Origin: Nitrosopumilus sp.
GTDB taxonomy: Archaea; Thermoproteota; Nitrososphaeria; Nitrososphaerales; Nitrosopumilaceae
Direction: 5' to 3'
DNA: 64,000 bases
Assembly: GCA_965249555.1 (NCBI GenBank)
Contig: OZ252243.1
Location: 224,001 to 288,000 of the forward strand
Shown: piece by piece, positions 39,725 to 49,459 of the stretch
Position numbering within the stretch: position 1 is the first letter of the stretch
Layout: the number at the start of each line of letters is the position of its first letter
Program-made: the position numbers and the translations under genes
The notes under the pieces: model-generated
Databases searched by the model: none
Seen by the model: only the letters and a program-made list of their open reading frames with translations
What the model was told of the DNA's origin: nothing

Positions 39725-40230
39725 ATGAAACTTCCAATTTGCGGTTTTGATGCTAAAAATGCTATTTTATGTACTTCGTGTGAAGAAAAAGTGGATTCAG
39801 GTGAACTTGCACAAACAGATGTTGATGCATCAATTATTCTTGCAAAAATGGGAAAAACAGACAAGTGGAGAGTTTTACATTATATTCTTGTAAAGAGTTT
39901 AAGGGAAATTTTGTTTTGTCATTAGCAAAAAATGACATTGTGGGAATCAGGCAAAGCCGGACCATATACAGGCAGATTCAAGATCAATTCAAAGGTAAGA
40001 TTTGGCTAGAAGCAGATGAGACAGACAGAAGATTCATCGAAGATTTGTTCTCTCCAACCAAAATTCTGTCATTTAACTCAGTTTGGGCGCCTGGAAATAC
40101 TCAAAAGACCAAAGCTGCAATATCAGGCAAGTGGGCTCCAAGATTTCCCATAGATGCAGAAAAGGTTGTACAAATTGTAAAAAATGCCCGAAACCTTGAC
40201 ATTGAGATAGAATTTGAGGATAAAAGGTAA
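39725..40230 (+). pseudogene. NusA-like KH protein split by a frameshift near 39862
   Basis: MKLPICGFDAK…LC..C in one frame and ESFTLY…IEIEFE in another. Confidence 0.6.
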
Positions 40231-40235
40231 AGAAT

Positions 40236-41522
40236 ATGGTTTTTGTTAAAACTCACGACATTTCAGAACTAACTACAGAGTTGATTGGAAAACAAGTAGT
40301 GTTAGGAGGATGGATTGAAGATCTTCGAAAATTAGGAAAGATGACATTTATCACACTACGTGATGTGTCAGGAATTTCTCAAATTATTGTCAAGGGGGAA
40401 TTAAATGACACACTAGATGAAATTAATCGTCAAAGTGTAGTACGAGTAAAGGGAATAGTGCAAGAAACTAAAGCTCGAGATTTTTCCTTTGAGGTGAAAG
40501 CAGAAGAGATTGAAGTTTTATCTAAAGCCATCCATCCGTTACCAGTTGATCCAATTGGGAGATTAGAGAGTAATATCGACACAAGACTGAATCATCGTGC
40601 ACTAGACATGAGAAACCAAAAGACAGCTTCAATTTTTAAATTACGTCATCACGTATTGCAATCATTACGTAAAACATTATCAGAAAGAAAATTCTTGGAA
40701 ATTACAACTCCCAAAATTATCGGCAGTGCAAGTGAAGGTGGTGCAGACTTGTTTTCACTAGACTATTTTGGAAAGACAGCATACCTTGCACAAAGTCCTC
40801 AACTATACAAAGAACAGATGACGATTGGTTTGGAGCGAGTCTTTGAGATTTCAAACTTTTATCGTGCTGAGAATTCCCATACAGGACGCCACTTGACAGA
40901 ATTTACCAGCATCGACATTGAAGCTGCATTTATGGACTATGATGACGTAATGGATGTTTTAGAATATTTAGTACTAGAAGTTTACAAATTTGTATCAGAG
41001 AAATGTAAGAAGGAGCAGGAAGTGATTGGTCATGCCATTAAAGTTCCTTCATCACCATTTGAGAGAATCACCTACAAAGATTGTATTGAGGAATTGAAAA
41101 AAGAGGGAGAGAAAGTAGAATTTGGAGATGACTTGCTTGATTCACATCTCAGAATTATAGGAAAGAATCATCCAGGATTTTACTTTTTGATTGACTGGCC
41201 AATGAAACTAAAACCATTTTACATACGAGAAAAAGATGATGATGTAACATTGTCTCGTTCATTTGATTTGCAATACGGATTTCTTGAATTATCCTCTGGC
41301 GGAACAAGACTTCACAATCCAGAGATACTAAAAGCAAGACTAGCAGAGCAAGGCTTGGATCCTGCACAATTTATAGACCATCTAAAAACATTTGATTGGG
41401 GAATGCCACCACACTCTGGTTGGGGAATGGGATTAGACAGATTAATGACTACACTGATTGGAGTTGATAATGTACGTGAAGTTGTATTGTATCCTAGAGA
41501 TCCCGATAGGTTGAGTCCATGA
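40236..41522 (+). CDS. aspS: Aspartate-tRNA ligase (archaeal type)
   Basis: EGGA, YLAQSPQLYK, RAENS.T.RH..EF and GMPPH.GWG.G.DR motifs. Confidence 0.97.
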   Translation: MVFVKTHDISELTTELIGKQVVLGGWIEDLRKLGKMTFITLRDVSGISQIIVKGELNDTLDEINRQSVVRVKGIVQETKARDFSFEVKAEEIEVLSKAIHPLPVDPIGRLESNIDTRLNHRALDMRNQKTASIFKLRHHVLQSLRKTLSERKFLEITTPKIIGSASEGGADLFSLDYFGKTAYLAQSPQLYKEQMTIGLERVFEISNFYRAENSHTGRHLTEFTSIDIEAAFMDYDDVMDVLEYLVLEVYKFVSEKCKKEQEVIGHAIKVPSSPFERITYKDCIEELKKEGEKVEFGDDLLDSHLRIIGKNHPGFYFLIDWPMKLKPFYIREKDDDVTLSRSFDLQYGFLELSSGGTRLHNPEILKARLAEQGLDPAQFIDHLKTFDWGMPPHSGWGMGLDRLMTTLIGVDNVREVVLYPRDPDRLSP

Positions 41523-41764
41523 TAGAAGCTAGTGATGCAAAAAAAGTAGTCGAGGTGATTGGAAATAATCTGATTGGGGTATCTCATGATTCAAATAATT
41601 ATCAGAAACTACCAGACTCTTTTTGGGGATACTTTGCAAGAGGGCATGACACAAAAGGAAAATTCGGAGTCATAGTGACTTATTCTGAGGACGGAAAAGA
41701 CGTCGATGAACTAATCAAGATGTATGAAGATTGGGCAAAGAAAAATAAAACAAAATCAGAATAG
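41519..41764 (+). CDS. Hypothetical protein
   Basis: 81 aa; ATGA overlap with aspS. Confidence 0.7.
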   Translation: MIEASDAKKVVEVIGNNLIGVSHDSNNYQKLPDSFWGYFARGHDTKGKFGVIVTYSEDGKDVDELIKMYEDWAKKNKTKSE

Positions 41765-41765
41765 T

Positions 41766-41897
41766 CTATCTGGTATCTTTCAGTAATTTGCGATAATCTT
41801 CACATTCTTCACAAATTGGTTTTCCTTTGTATTTCGGATTGCCATCTTTAATTTTAAGTGTACCTGGGACAATCTTGCAAATACAGCATACTACCAT
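41766..41897 (-). CDS. Zn-finger microprotein (43 aa)
   Basis: MVVCCICKIVPGTLKIKDGNPKYKGKPICEECEDYRKLLKDTR*. Confidence 0.6.
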   Translation of the reverse strand: MVVCCICKIVPGTLKIKDGNPKYKGKPICEECEDYRKLLKDTR

Positions 41898-42011
41898 GAA
41901 TGAAGATAAAAAATGGTATTAATAAAAATTCCCAAATTTGGTAAGAAAAATATTTCCCATTTTTGAGAAATTCCATATATGATTAAATTAGAAATTCACA
42001 ACATATTACTA

Positions 42012-42122
42012 ATGCCTATTTGGATTTGTACAAATTGTGACATGACGATGACTTTGGCTGAAAACATTACAAATGCATCATGTCCAAATTGTGGTAAGAA
42101 AATGACTCAGATATCAGAGTGA
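42012..42122 (+). CDS. CPxCG Zn-ribbon microprotein (36 aa)
   Basis: MPIWICTNCDMTMTLAENITNASCPNCGKKMTQISE*. Confidence 0.6.
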   Translation: MPIWICTNCDMTMTLAENITNASCPNCGKKMTQISE

Positions 42123-42208
42123 ATTATTTTATCCGATTATCTCAAATATTGAAAAATTTGAAGTTTTTTGCCAGTTTGTGAAAAAATAATAATCTTTTTC
42201 AATTTACA

Positions 42209-42424
42209 TTGAGGGAATTTAGTGCAAATATGGGTTTCACTTATTCAGTAAAGCCAAAAAATCCTAATTTTTCACAAAAAGAGTTTTTCAAAATTGCACA
42301 AATAAAACCCAGCGAGGCACACTGGTATATCATAGAAGAATACGGCAGAGCTGCAGTGAGTTATTTTGAATTCTTTATGCCTGAGCATACGTTACTGTAT
42401 AGATGGTCAGATGAGAATCCATAG
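42209..42424 (+). CDS. Hypothetical protein
   Basis: 71 aa ORF. Confidence 0.4.
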   Translation: MREFSANMGFTYSVKPKNPNFSQKEFFKIAQIKPSEAHWYIIEEYGRAAVSYFEFFMPEHTLLYRWSDENP

Positions 42425-42484
42425 ATTCCAGAAGATTATCGATAATCAATTAATTTTAATTCTTGTGAAATTTCAGCATCTATT

Positions 42485-43144
42485 GTGAAGCAGATTATAA
42501 TTATTTCAATTATTGCTGTGATTGTAGCTGTTACTGCAGGATTAGCAATTTCACAAGAAACAGTTGATGCCAGACCTTGGACAGGTCTTGATTGTAATGA
42601 GATGCTTGACTTTAGTGCATCAGAAGAGCACACTGCAATGGATATCGATATGCACATAGAATTTCATACACATTTCATAGAGAACTGCTCTGATATGAAA
42701 ATGGATATGAAAATGGATATGACAACGCCGGAGACAAAAATGGACATGTCAAATACAGAGATAAAATTAAGCTCAGGAAAATGCTCAGGTATTGCCAGAT
42801 GTGTGGAAGGTTCGGTAACCAAAATTGTTGATGGAGATACAATTCATGTTGATGGTGAATCAGTTAGATTTGCATTATCTTCTGCCCCTGAACTAAAAGG
42901 ATTTGGAGGAGTAGATTCTAAGAATTTTATAGATACCATATGTCCTGTTGGCTCGGAGGTCATAGTTGATGAAGACGACAGCCAGACTGAAGGGAGTTAT
43001 GGTAGAATTATCGGAGTGGTTTATTGTAATGGCTTGAATCTAAATCAAGAATTACTTGATGCAGATTTGGGATATTTGGAAAATCAATTTTGTGATTCTA
43101 GTGAGTTTGCAGAAGAGTCTTGGGCCATTAAACACGGATGCTAG
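42485..43144 (+). CDS. Secreted thermonuclease (SNase)-family protein with a Met/His-rich linker
   Basis: Signal peptide; VDGDT, VRF….APE, YGR and LNQEL motifs. Confidence 0.85.
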   Translation: MKQIIIISIIAVIVAVTAGLAISQETVDARPWTGLDCNEMLDFSASEEHTAMDIDMHIEFHTHFIENCSDMKMDMKMDMTTPETKMDMSNTEIKLSSGKCSGIARCVEGSVTKIVDGDTIHVDGESVRFALSSAPELKGFGGVDSKNFIDTICPVGSEVIVDEDDSQTEGSYGRIIGVVYCNGLNLNQELLDADLGYLENQFCDSSEFAEESWAIKHGC

Positions 43145-43168
43145 AGGCAGAGTCATTTTTTATTATAA

Positions 43169-43402
43169 TTATTCCTGGTTTGATTCTGTTTTCTTGTTAT
43201 CTTTTTCATTAAAGATTAGATCAGAATCGCCTTCTCTTTGTTTCATTTTATCATAATCTTCTTTTTGTTTAATCATAGTTTTTTTGTATTCATCAAAAAA
43301 TCCTTTCTCTTCAAGATTATCTATTCCATGTTGATTGTAATGGTTATTTAGCAGTCGTAGATTTTCAAATGTTTTACCACAATGAGTGCATTGATGATTC
43401 AT
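43169..43402 (-). CDS. C2H2 Zn-finger protein
   Basis: CTHCGKTF…L..H…H motif. Confidence 0.75.
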   Translation of the reverse strand: MNHQCTHCGKTFENLRLLNNHYNQHGIDNLEEKGFFDEYKKTMIKQKEDYDKMKQREGDSDLIFNEKDNKKTESNQE

Positions 43403-43731
43403 TATTTGTATTCTCCAAGGTTATTCTTTATTTTTGCTAAAAAATCCATAAAAAACTCGCCTGCATACTCTACATAATCATCTATTTGGATAGTCTCCAT
43501 GTCTGTTAGATAATTATCATATATGGTTTCTCGTTCATGTTTTAACGGAGTTGGACAAAAACACATCTCAGACCATTGAATTACGTTTGGTTCAGTGATT
43601 TTAGCACGTTTCATGGAGCTAATTATTTCCTCACCATCAGGTTTTTGATTTTTAATTGTCCCATCAGTTAGTTTTTGATAAAATTCTCCCATCTTGTTTT
43701 CAATGAATTTGGCTTTTACTGAATAAAACAT
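43402..43731 (-). CDS. Hypothetical protein
   Basis: 109 aa; PDG.EI and E.CFC.TPL.HER. Confidence 0.7.
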   Translation of the reverse strand: MFYSVKAKFIENKMGEFYQKLTDGTIKNQKPDGEEIISSMKRAKITEPNVIQWSEMCFCPTPLKHERETIYDNYLTDMETIQIDDYVEYAGEFFMDFLAKIKNNLGEYK

Positions 43732-43817
43732 TAATAATTTTTTTTTTGCAGGTTAATATCATTTTATTTTCTGAACATCATGTAGTGATTTTTAAGAAAT
43801 GATGCGGTATAGAATGT

Positions 43818-43997
43818 ATGGTACTAGCACTAGTAGGAATTGTAACAGGAATTCTAATAGTAATTGCACTAATCATCAAATTATCTAAAACTCACCCCCA
43901 TGAGATAGCAGGAATTATTATGCATTGTAAAAAGTGTGGGCAAGAAATAAGAGTACCAAAGTGCCCAAAATGCGAATCTCAGAGATTTGGCGTATAA
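43818..43997 (+). CDS. Membrane-anchored Zn-ribbon microprotein (59 aa)
   Basis: TM helix followed by CKKCG…CPKC. Confidence 0.6.
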   Translation: MVLALVGIVTGILIVIALIIKLSKTHPHEIAGIIMHCKKCGQEIRVPKCPKCESQRFGV

Positions 43998-44203
43998 CAT
44001 CTGATTTCAAATTAAGAAAAAATATTAGCAATAATTGGATTATTCTTGATGACTATTGGATTGTTTTTGTTTTACTAATTCCAAAATAACGATTACACAA
44101 ACTTTTCTTCCTATAACTAGACAGAAAGTGTCCAATAGGGTGTCTAATGAGAAAATTTTCTAATTTAGGTAGGCTCTAAAAGATCACTTAGGCACGACAT
44201 CTG

Positions 44204-44397
44204 AGCTGAATCTGAGCTATACAGTCGTGACGTTTGAGCTATACTTTAGCTTGTGAGGAAGTGTCAACTTGAGACAACTTTGTTTTTGAGCTTTTTTATG
44301 ACTAGCTTTTTGTATCTTTTTTGTTACAAATCGTGTCTATGTTCGTGAGCTTTTTGCAGTTGGAGCTAGTTGTAACAAAATAATGTTCTAAAAAGCT
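44204..44397. other. Non-coding cluster of nine AGCT sites with an 11-bp inverted repeat
   Basis: AGCT x9 in 194 bp; TTTTGTTACAA at 44319-44329 and TTGTAACAAAA at 44370-44380. Confidence 0.8.
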
Positions 44398-44470
44398 CAG
44401 TAAATGTTCAGAATTGATTTTGTTTTTTAGATTATTTTCTAAAATACTAGATTATTTGAAGAGAAATTAA

Positions 44471-45118
44471 TTGATAACACCATATCTAATTGAAATTAGA
44501 ATAAGAGGAGACATTAAAGATGTCTGCAAGAAATTAATTTTTGATATCTATCGTAAATTCCGTGTTCGTGGAGTAGTAAAAAAAAGACCAGTGCCACACT
44601 TTACATTGTTTGGTCCCTTTGGTTGTCGTTCTATCAAAAGTGTGATTGATGTCATCAAAGATACTGGTTCAGACTATTCAAAGTTAGAATATCAGGTTAA
44701 GGGTTTTGACTATTTTGAATTAAAGAAAAAGTTTCTCTTTATCACTACATCAACTAAGAAAAATGTCATTTATCTGAAAATCAATCCAAGTGAAGAACTA
44801 AAGGATTTCCGGCATACATTAGCCAAAAAGCTGTTAAAAATCACAAACACAGTAAACGTAGATCATGACTCTAAAGAGGAGTTCAAATTTCATGCAACTC
44901 TTGCCATGAGAGATATTGATAGGAAATTTGATGACATTTGGGAATATCTCAAAAAATATGATATCATCAAGTATGGTACTTCATATCGGATTACTTTGTT
45001 GAAAATGGGAAAAATTGTTTGTGAGTATGACTTGTATGAAAAGAGAGTTTTGCGAAGAAACCAGGTATTAAGAAGAGGTGGACGAAGAGCACTGGAAAGA
45101 AAAAGAGATGGCAATTAG
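44471..45118 (+). CDS. 2H phosphoesterase (2'-5' RNA ligase family)
   Basis: Two HxT motifs, PHFTL and FHATL. Confidence 0.85.
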   Translation: MITPYLIEIRIRGDIKDVCKKLIFDIYRKFRVRGVVKKRPVPHFTLFGPFGCRSIKSVIDVIKDTGSDYSKLEYQVKGFDYFELKKKFLFITTSTKKNVIYLKINPSEELKDFRHTLAKKLLKITNTVNVDHDSKEEFKFHATLAMRDIDRKFDDIWEYLKKYDIIKYGTSYRITLLKMGKIVCEYDLYEKRVLRRNQVLRRGGRRALERKRDGN

Positions 45119-45236
45119 AAAAAATTGAAACATTAGAGTTTAAAGGAATAGGAAACAAAGAAAGATGCATTGAATTAAAGCAGAAACTAAAAAATAATGA
45201 AAATCTTGTAGATAGTTTGATTGTTTTTTTCACAGA

Positions 45237-45557
45237 CTATTCCTTGAATTCTAGCTTCTTTTTGGACTCTACTTTTTTTATCATATACCAACGAAAGCCT
45301 ACAAAAAGAGAAACACTTAGAATAATTCCTGCATAAAGCAAGTATTGGCTTGAATGATCAGCAAATAGACATTGCTGAATTTGATTGTATAGTTCATAGT
45401 ATTCTAAAAGAATAGGATCATTGAAACTGTTCATATTTTCTTCGTTAAGAAAATAGATTCGCTCTTGGATTTGTTTTTGTAATAATTCAAGATTTTTAGT
45501 ATCTTTACTGCTACAATCATACACTAGTTGAAGGAGGATTTTTCCTAGATTAATCAA
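45237..45557 (-). CDS. Hypothetical protein with a C-terminal TM helix
   Basis: 106 aa ORF. Confidence 0.5.
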   Translation of the reverse strand: MINLGKILLQLVYDCSSKDTKNLELLQKQIQERIYFLNEENMNSFNDPILLEYYELYNQIQQCLFADHSSQYLLYAGIILSVSLFVGFRWYMIKKVESKKKLEFKE

Positions 45558-45820
45558 GCCATCTGAGCAGGAGCTTGTCCATCATATCCTTGTTTTTTGT
45601 GAACAGAGTCAATTACTGACCTTGTAAATTTATCAAACTTTTCATCTTTCATAGAATCAATTACTTCATCTACGGTTTTCTCCATATCGATTTCTTTGCA
45701 TCGACGGTCAGCTTCTGAACAGTAGAATTCTATGTAACTTTGAATGTAATTGTATTCTGGTCCTTCAATTCCTATTTCTAATCTTCTTCTGCTTAGTTTT
45801 TCTCTCCAAGTTTCACTCAT
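45554..45820 (-). CDS. Hypothetical protein
   Basis: 88 aa ORF. Confidence 0.55.
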   Translation of the reverse strand: MSETWREKLSRRRLEIGIEGPEYNYIQSYIEFYCSEADRRCKEIDMEKTVDEVIDSMKDEKFDKFTRSVIDSVHKKQGYDGQAPAQMA

Positions 45821-45879
45821 TATATCACTATAGATTACGTCTTTATTGAATTTAAAGAAGAACTTAAGTTGACAACTAT

Positions 45880-46086
45880 TTGAGAACAGTTATGGAAGGT
45901 GCAGAAATAGCCAAACGAGACCATCAGAGAAATAAATCTGAAATTGTAAAATTAGTCAAAGAAATGTTTTCTTTAGAGAAATGGGGTGATGAAGAATATA
46001 AGAAAAAACTGCAAGAATTAGTTACAAAGGACGAGGATTTAGTTAAAGAAGTTATTAGAAAAATAAAGCTAGAAAAAGGCTTGTAA
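45880..46086 (+). CDS. Hypothetical protein
   Basis: 68 aa charged ORF. Confidence 0.5.
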   Translation: MRTVMEGAEIAKRDHQRNKSEIVKLVKEMFSLEKWGDEEYKKKLQELVTKDEDLVKEVIRKIKLEKGL

Positions 46087-46107
46087 TCCCAGATGTGATT
46101 AATTGGT

Positions 46108-47121
46108 TTAAAGATTATCAGTAATTGCTTTAGTAAACTCTACAGTACTCATTGTACCGCCAATATCCTTAGTTTTAGAGCCTGATTTTACCAAATCAAA
46201 GATGGTAGATTCTAATTTTGCACCAACCTTAATGCATTTTGAGTCATTATGTTTGGTACCAAGCCAATCAAACATCATTTTTATAGATAACAAAAACGAC
46301 GATGGGTTTGCAATGTTTTTCCCTGCAATATCAAATGCTGCACCATGTACTGGCTCAAAAAGTGCAAAGTTATCTCCAATGTTAGCAGCTGGTGCCATCC
46401 CTAAACCACCTACTACTTGTGATGATTCATCAGATAAGATATCTCCAAACAAGTTTGTAGTTACAATAACATCAAATTGTTCTGGCTGACGGATTAAATT
46501 CATTGCACATGCATCAACATACATTTGCTCAAATGTGATATCAGGATAATCTTTTGATACATCAGTACAAGCTTGGGCAAACAAACCATCAGTAACTCGC
46601 ATTACATTTGATTTGTGAACACAAGTTACTTTTCTCATAGAGTCACGTTGCATTGCAGTCTCAAATGCATACTTTGCAATTCTTTTAGAAGCTGCCTCTG
46701 AAATTACCCTTAATGCAACTGCAGAATCCCCCACACGAAACTCTTGGCCTCGATAAAGATCCTCTGTATTTTCTCGAACTATCACCATATCAATATCATC
46801 ACGCAATGCTGGCATGTGTGGATACGATTTTGCAGGTCGAATGTTCGCATAAAGATCAAGCATTCTCCTTAACACCACAACAACATCAGCTGCTGATTCT
46901 CCAACAGGAGCTTTCAAGCATGCATCAGAGTCCTTTATGATATTAACTGTCTCATCAGGAAGGGGATTTCCAGTAATTTCAAGTGCTTTATCACCGGCTA
47001 ACAATTTAGTTATTTCAAATTTCAAATCATATTTCTCATTTATTTTATTAAGTACAGAAACCGCAGAATCTGATATTTCAGGGCCAATCCCATCACCAGT
47101 AATTAATGATATTTTATACAT
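46108..47121 (-). CDS. leuB: 3-isopropylmalate dehydrogenase (IDH/IPMDH family)
   Basis: GDGIGPE, RENTE, HKSNV, NLFGDILSD and FEPVHG motifs; leu/ilv context. Confidence 0.88.
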   Translation of the reverse strand: MYKISLITGDGIGPEISDSAVSVLNKINEKYDLKFEITKLLAGDKALEITGNPLPDETVNIIKDSDACLKAPVGESAADVVVVLRRMLDLYANIRPAKSYPHMPALRDDIDMVIVRENTEDLYRGQEFRVGDSAVALRVISEAASKRIAKYAFETAMQRDSMRKVTCVHKSNVMRVTDGLFAQACTDVSKDYPDITFEQMYVDACAMNLIRQPEQFDVIVTTNLFGDILSDESSQVVGGLGMAPAANIGDNFALFEPVHGAAFDIAGKNIANPSSFLLSIKMMFDWLGTKHNDSKCIKVGAKLESTIFDLVKSGSKTKDIGGTMSTVEFTKAITDNL

Positions 47122-47456
47122 GGTGTCTCATCACAATAAGAGAATATAATGTCACCTTCATTTTCAATCAAGGGAGTGGGTGAAAAGAGTGTTCTGCCAA
47201 TCAGATACTGTCTACAAATAACGTGAGCGATTAGTAAAGTCAGCACTTCTTTGTGCTGTAATTTGTAGCCAAATTTGTTCAAATAGTTTTTGAGATATAC
47301 TATACTTGATGACTGAAGCAAGACAGGCAACCAGACAGATTTTACATCCTACTTTAACCTATGTTGCAGTTGCCTCTTTTTTTGTTGTAGTTTCAGCAGT
47401 CCTAATTCGTTGAGTTTTTCAGATTCTAAACTCTGCAAATTATCTTTATTTTTTTA

Positions 47457-48971
47457 CTAGCTTACCTGTTTTTCTTTTAACATCTTTTTGAGCATAATTC
47501 TATTTATTCCATCAATGACTGCTTGAACACTTGTAGTTACAATATCCTCACCAACTGATTTTGCAGAAACTTTATTTCCTTGTGCATCCTCTACACTAAT
47601 GGTTACTTCACATAATGCATTAGCACCACCAGAAATTGATGCCAATGCATAGTCTTTAATTCTAATTTCCGAAATTTTTCCAGTAATCTTTTGAATTGCA
47701 TTAAGTGATGCATCAACAGGACCAACACCGTGATCAGTTCCTGAATACTCTTTTCCATCAATAGTTAATTTTACAAATGCATAAGGCATTGTTCCAATTC
47801 CAGTGGATACTGAGAATCCAGTTAACTGTACAATTCGTTTAGTTCCTTCATCACCTAAAACATCACTTGCAATGGATAACAACTCTACATCTGAAATTTG
47901 CTTTCCTTGATCACCTAACACCTTAACTTTGTCTAGGATTTGTTGTGATTGTTCTTCATTTGGTTTTACTCCAAATTCTGCAAGCATTGCATTCATTCCA
48001 TGAATTCCTGCATGTTTTCCAACACGAAGTAGTCTCTTTCGTCCTACTAATTCCGGACTGATTGGCTCGTATGTTAATGGATTATTCAACACTCCATGAG
48101 TGTGAATTCCGGATTCATGTCCAAATGCATTATCTCCAACTATAGCCTTGTTTGGCTGTACTTTGATGCCTGCAATCTTCGAGACATATCGTGATGTATC
48201 ATAGATTAATTTAGATTTGATGTTTGTTTCATATTTTTGCTCAAATGGCAAACATTGCAATGCCATGGAGAACTCTTCTAATGATGCATTTCCTGCACGC
48301 TCTCCAATTCCATTAATGGTAACATGTGCACATGCAGCTCCTGCATGAATTCCAGATAATGCGTTTGCAACTGCTAATCCAAAGTCATTATGACAATGAA
48401 CACTGACTGGAAGTTTTGTTACATCAACTGTATCACGAGTTAATTCTGCCATATACTCAGGGGTACAATATCCCACAGTATCAGGAATGTTAACCCTATC
48501 AGCTCCGGCTTTTGCTACTTCGCCAAATACTTTTTTTAAGAATTCTCTATCAGTTCTAGTTGCATCCTCAGCTGAGAACTCAACTTGGAGGCCACGAGAT
48601 TTTCCATATTCTACTGCTTCAATTGCTTTTTCAAGTGCTTGATCACGAGTCATCTTGAGTTTATGTTCCAAATGAATGTCGGATGTTGCAATGAATGTGT
48701 GAATATAGTTTAGTCCTGCATCAACTGCAGAATCAATATCTTTTTTGATAGTTCTAGTTAGTCCTGCAATCTCACATGATAATCCTTCGCTAGTAATCAT
48801 CTTAACTCCTTTGAATTCACCTTCTGAAATTACAGGAAATCCTGCCTCTATTGCATCAACTCCAAGTTCGTCAAGTTTTTTTGCAATAGATAATTTTTGA
48901 TCAGGTGATAATGAAACACCAAGTGTTTGTTCTCCATCTCTTAATGTTGTATCAAATATTCTAACTTTCAT
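47457..48971 (-). CDS. leuA: 2-isopropylmalate (or citramalate) synthase
   Basis: DTTLRDGEQ, HCHND, GERAGN, HESGIH and the GPVDA regulatory domain. Confidence 0.88.
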   Translation of the reverse strand: MKVRIFDTTLRDGEQTLGVSLSPDQKLSIAKKLDELGVDAIEAGFPVISEGEFKGVKMITSEGLSCEIAGLTRTIKKDIDSAVDAGLNYIHTFIATSDIHLEHKLKMTRDQALEKAIEAVEYGKSRGLQVEFSAEDATRTDREFLKKVFGEVAKAGADRVNIPDTVGYCTPEYMAELTRDTVDVTKLPVSVHCHNDFGLAVANALSGIHAGAACAHVTINGIGERAGNASLEEFSMALQCLPFEQKYETNIKSKLIYDTSRYVSKIAGIKVQPNKAIVGDNAFGHESGIHTHGVLNNPLTYEPISPELVGRKRLLRVGKHAGIHGMNAMLAEFGVKPNEEQSQQILDKVKVLGDQGKQISDVELLSIASDVLGDEGTKRIVQLTGFSVSTGIGTMPYAFVKLTIDGKEYSGTDHGVGPVDASLNAIQKITGKISEIRIKDYALASISGGANALCEVTISVEDAQGNKVSAKSVGEDIVTTSVQAVIDGINRIMLKKMLKEKQVS

Positions 48972-49450
48972 GATCCACTCCTTTGCAATGCCGCAACTCC
49001 AGTTCTGGCTATATCAATAATGCCAAATGGTTTTATCAATTCCTCAAATGCTTGGATTTGATGAGGAGTTGCAGTCAATTCTACCATAAGTGACTCTTTT
49101 TTCACATCATGTACTTTTCCACCGTATGCATTAACTATCTTGTTAATCTCCATGCTATCATTAGCATTGCTAAGCTTTATCATAAAAAGACATAGTTCGC
49201 GGTATACTGTTTTGTGCTCATCTAATTGCCTGACTTCTACTGTATCAATCATTTTTTCGAGTTGTTTTACAATCTGTGCAACTCGCTTTTCATCACTATT
49301 AGTAGTAATAGTAATCCTGGAATAATCTGGATTCTCAGTTACCCCTACTGAAATACTATCAATGTTAAAGTTCCTAGATCTGAAAAGATGAGTTATCTTA
49401 AACAAGATTCCAGTTTTGTTTTCAACTAAAAGAGAAATAATCGCCCACAT
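48968..49450 (-). CDS. ilvN: Acetolactate synthase small subunit
   Basis: ACT domain EN..G.L..I..LF..R.FNIDS; ARTG motif. Confidence 0.93.
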   Translation of the reverse strand: MWAIISLLVENKTGILFKITHLFRSRNFNIDSISVGVTENPDYSRITITTNSDEKRVAQIVKQLEKMIDTVEVRQLDEHKTVYRELCLFMIKLSNANDSMEINKIVNAYGGKVHDVKKESLMVELTATPHQIQAFEELIKPFGIIDIARTGVAALQRSGS

Positions 49451-49459
49451 AATTAATCA

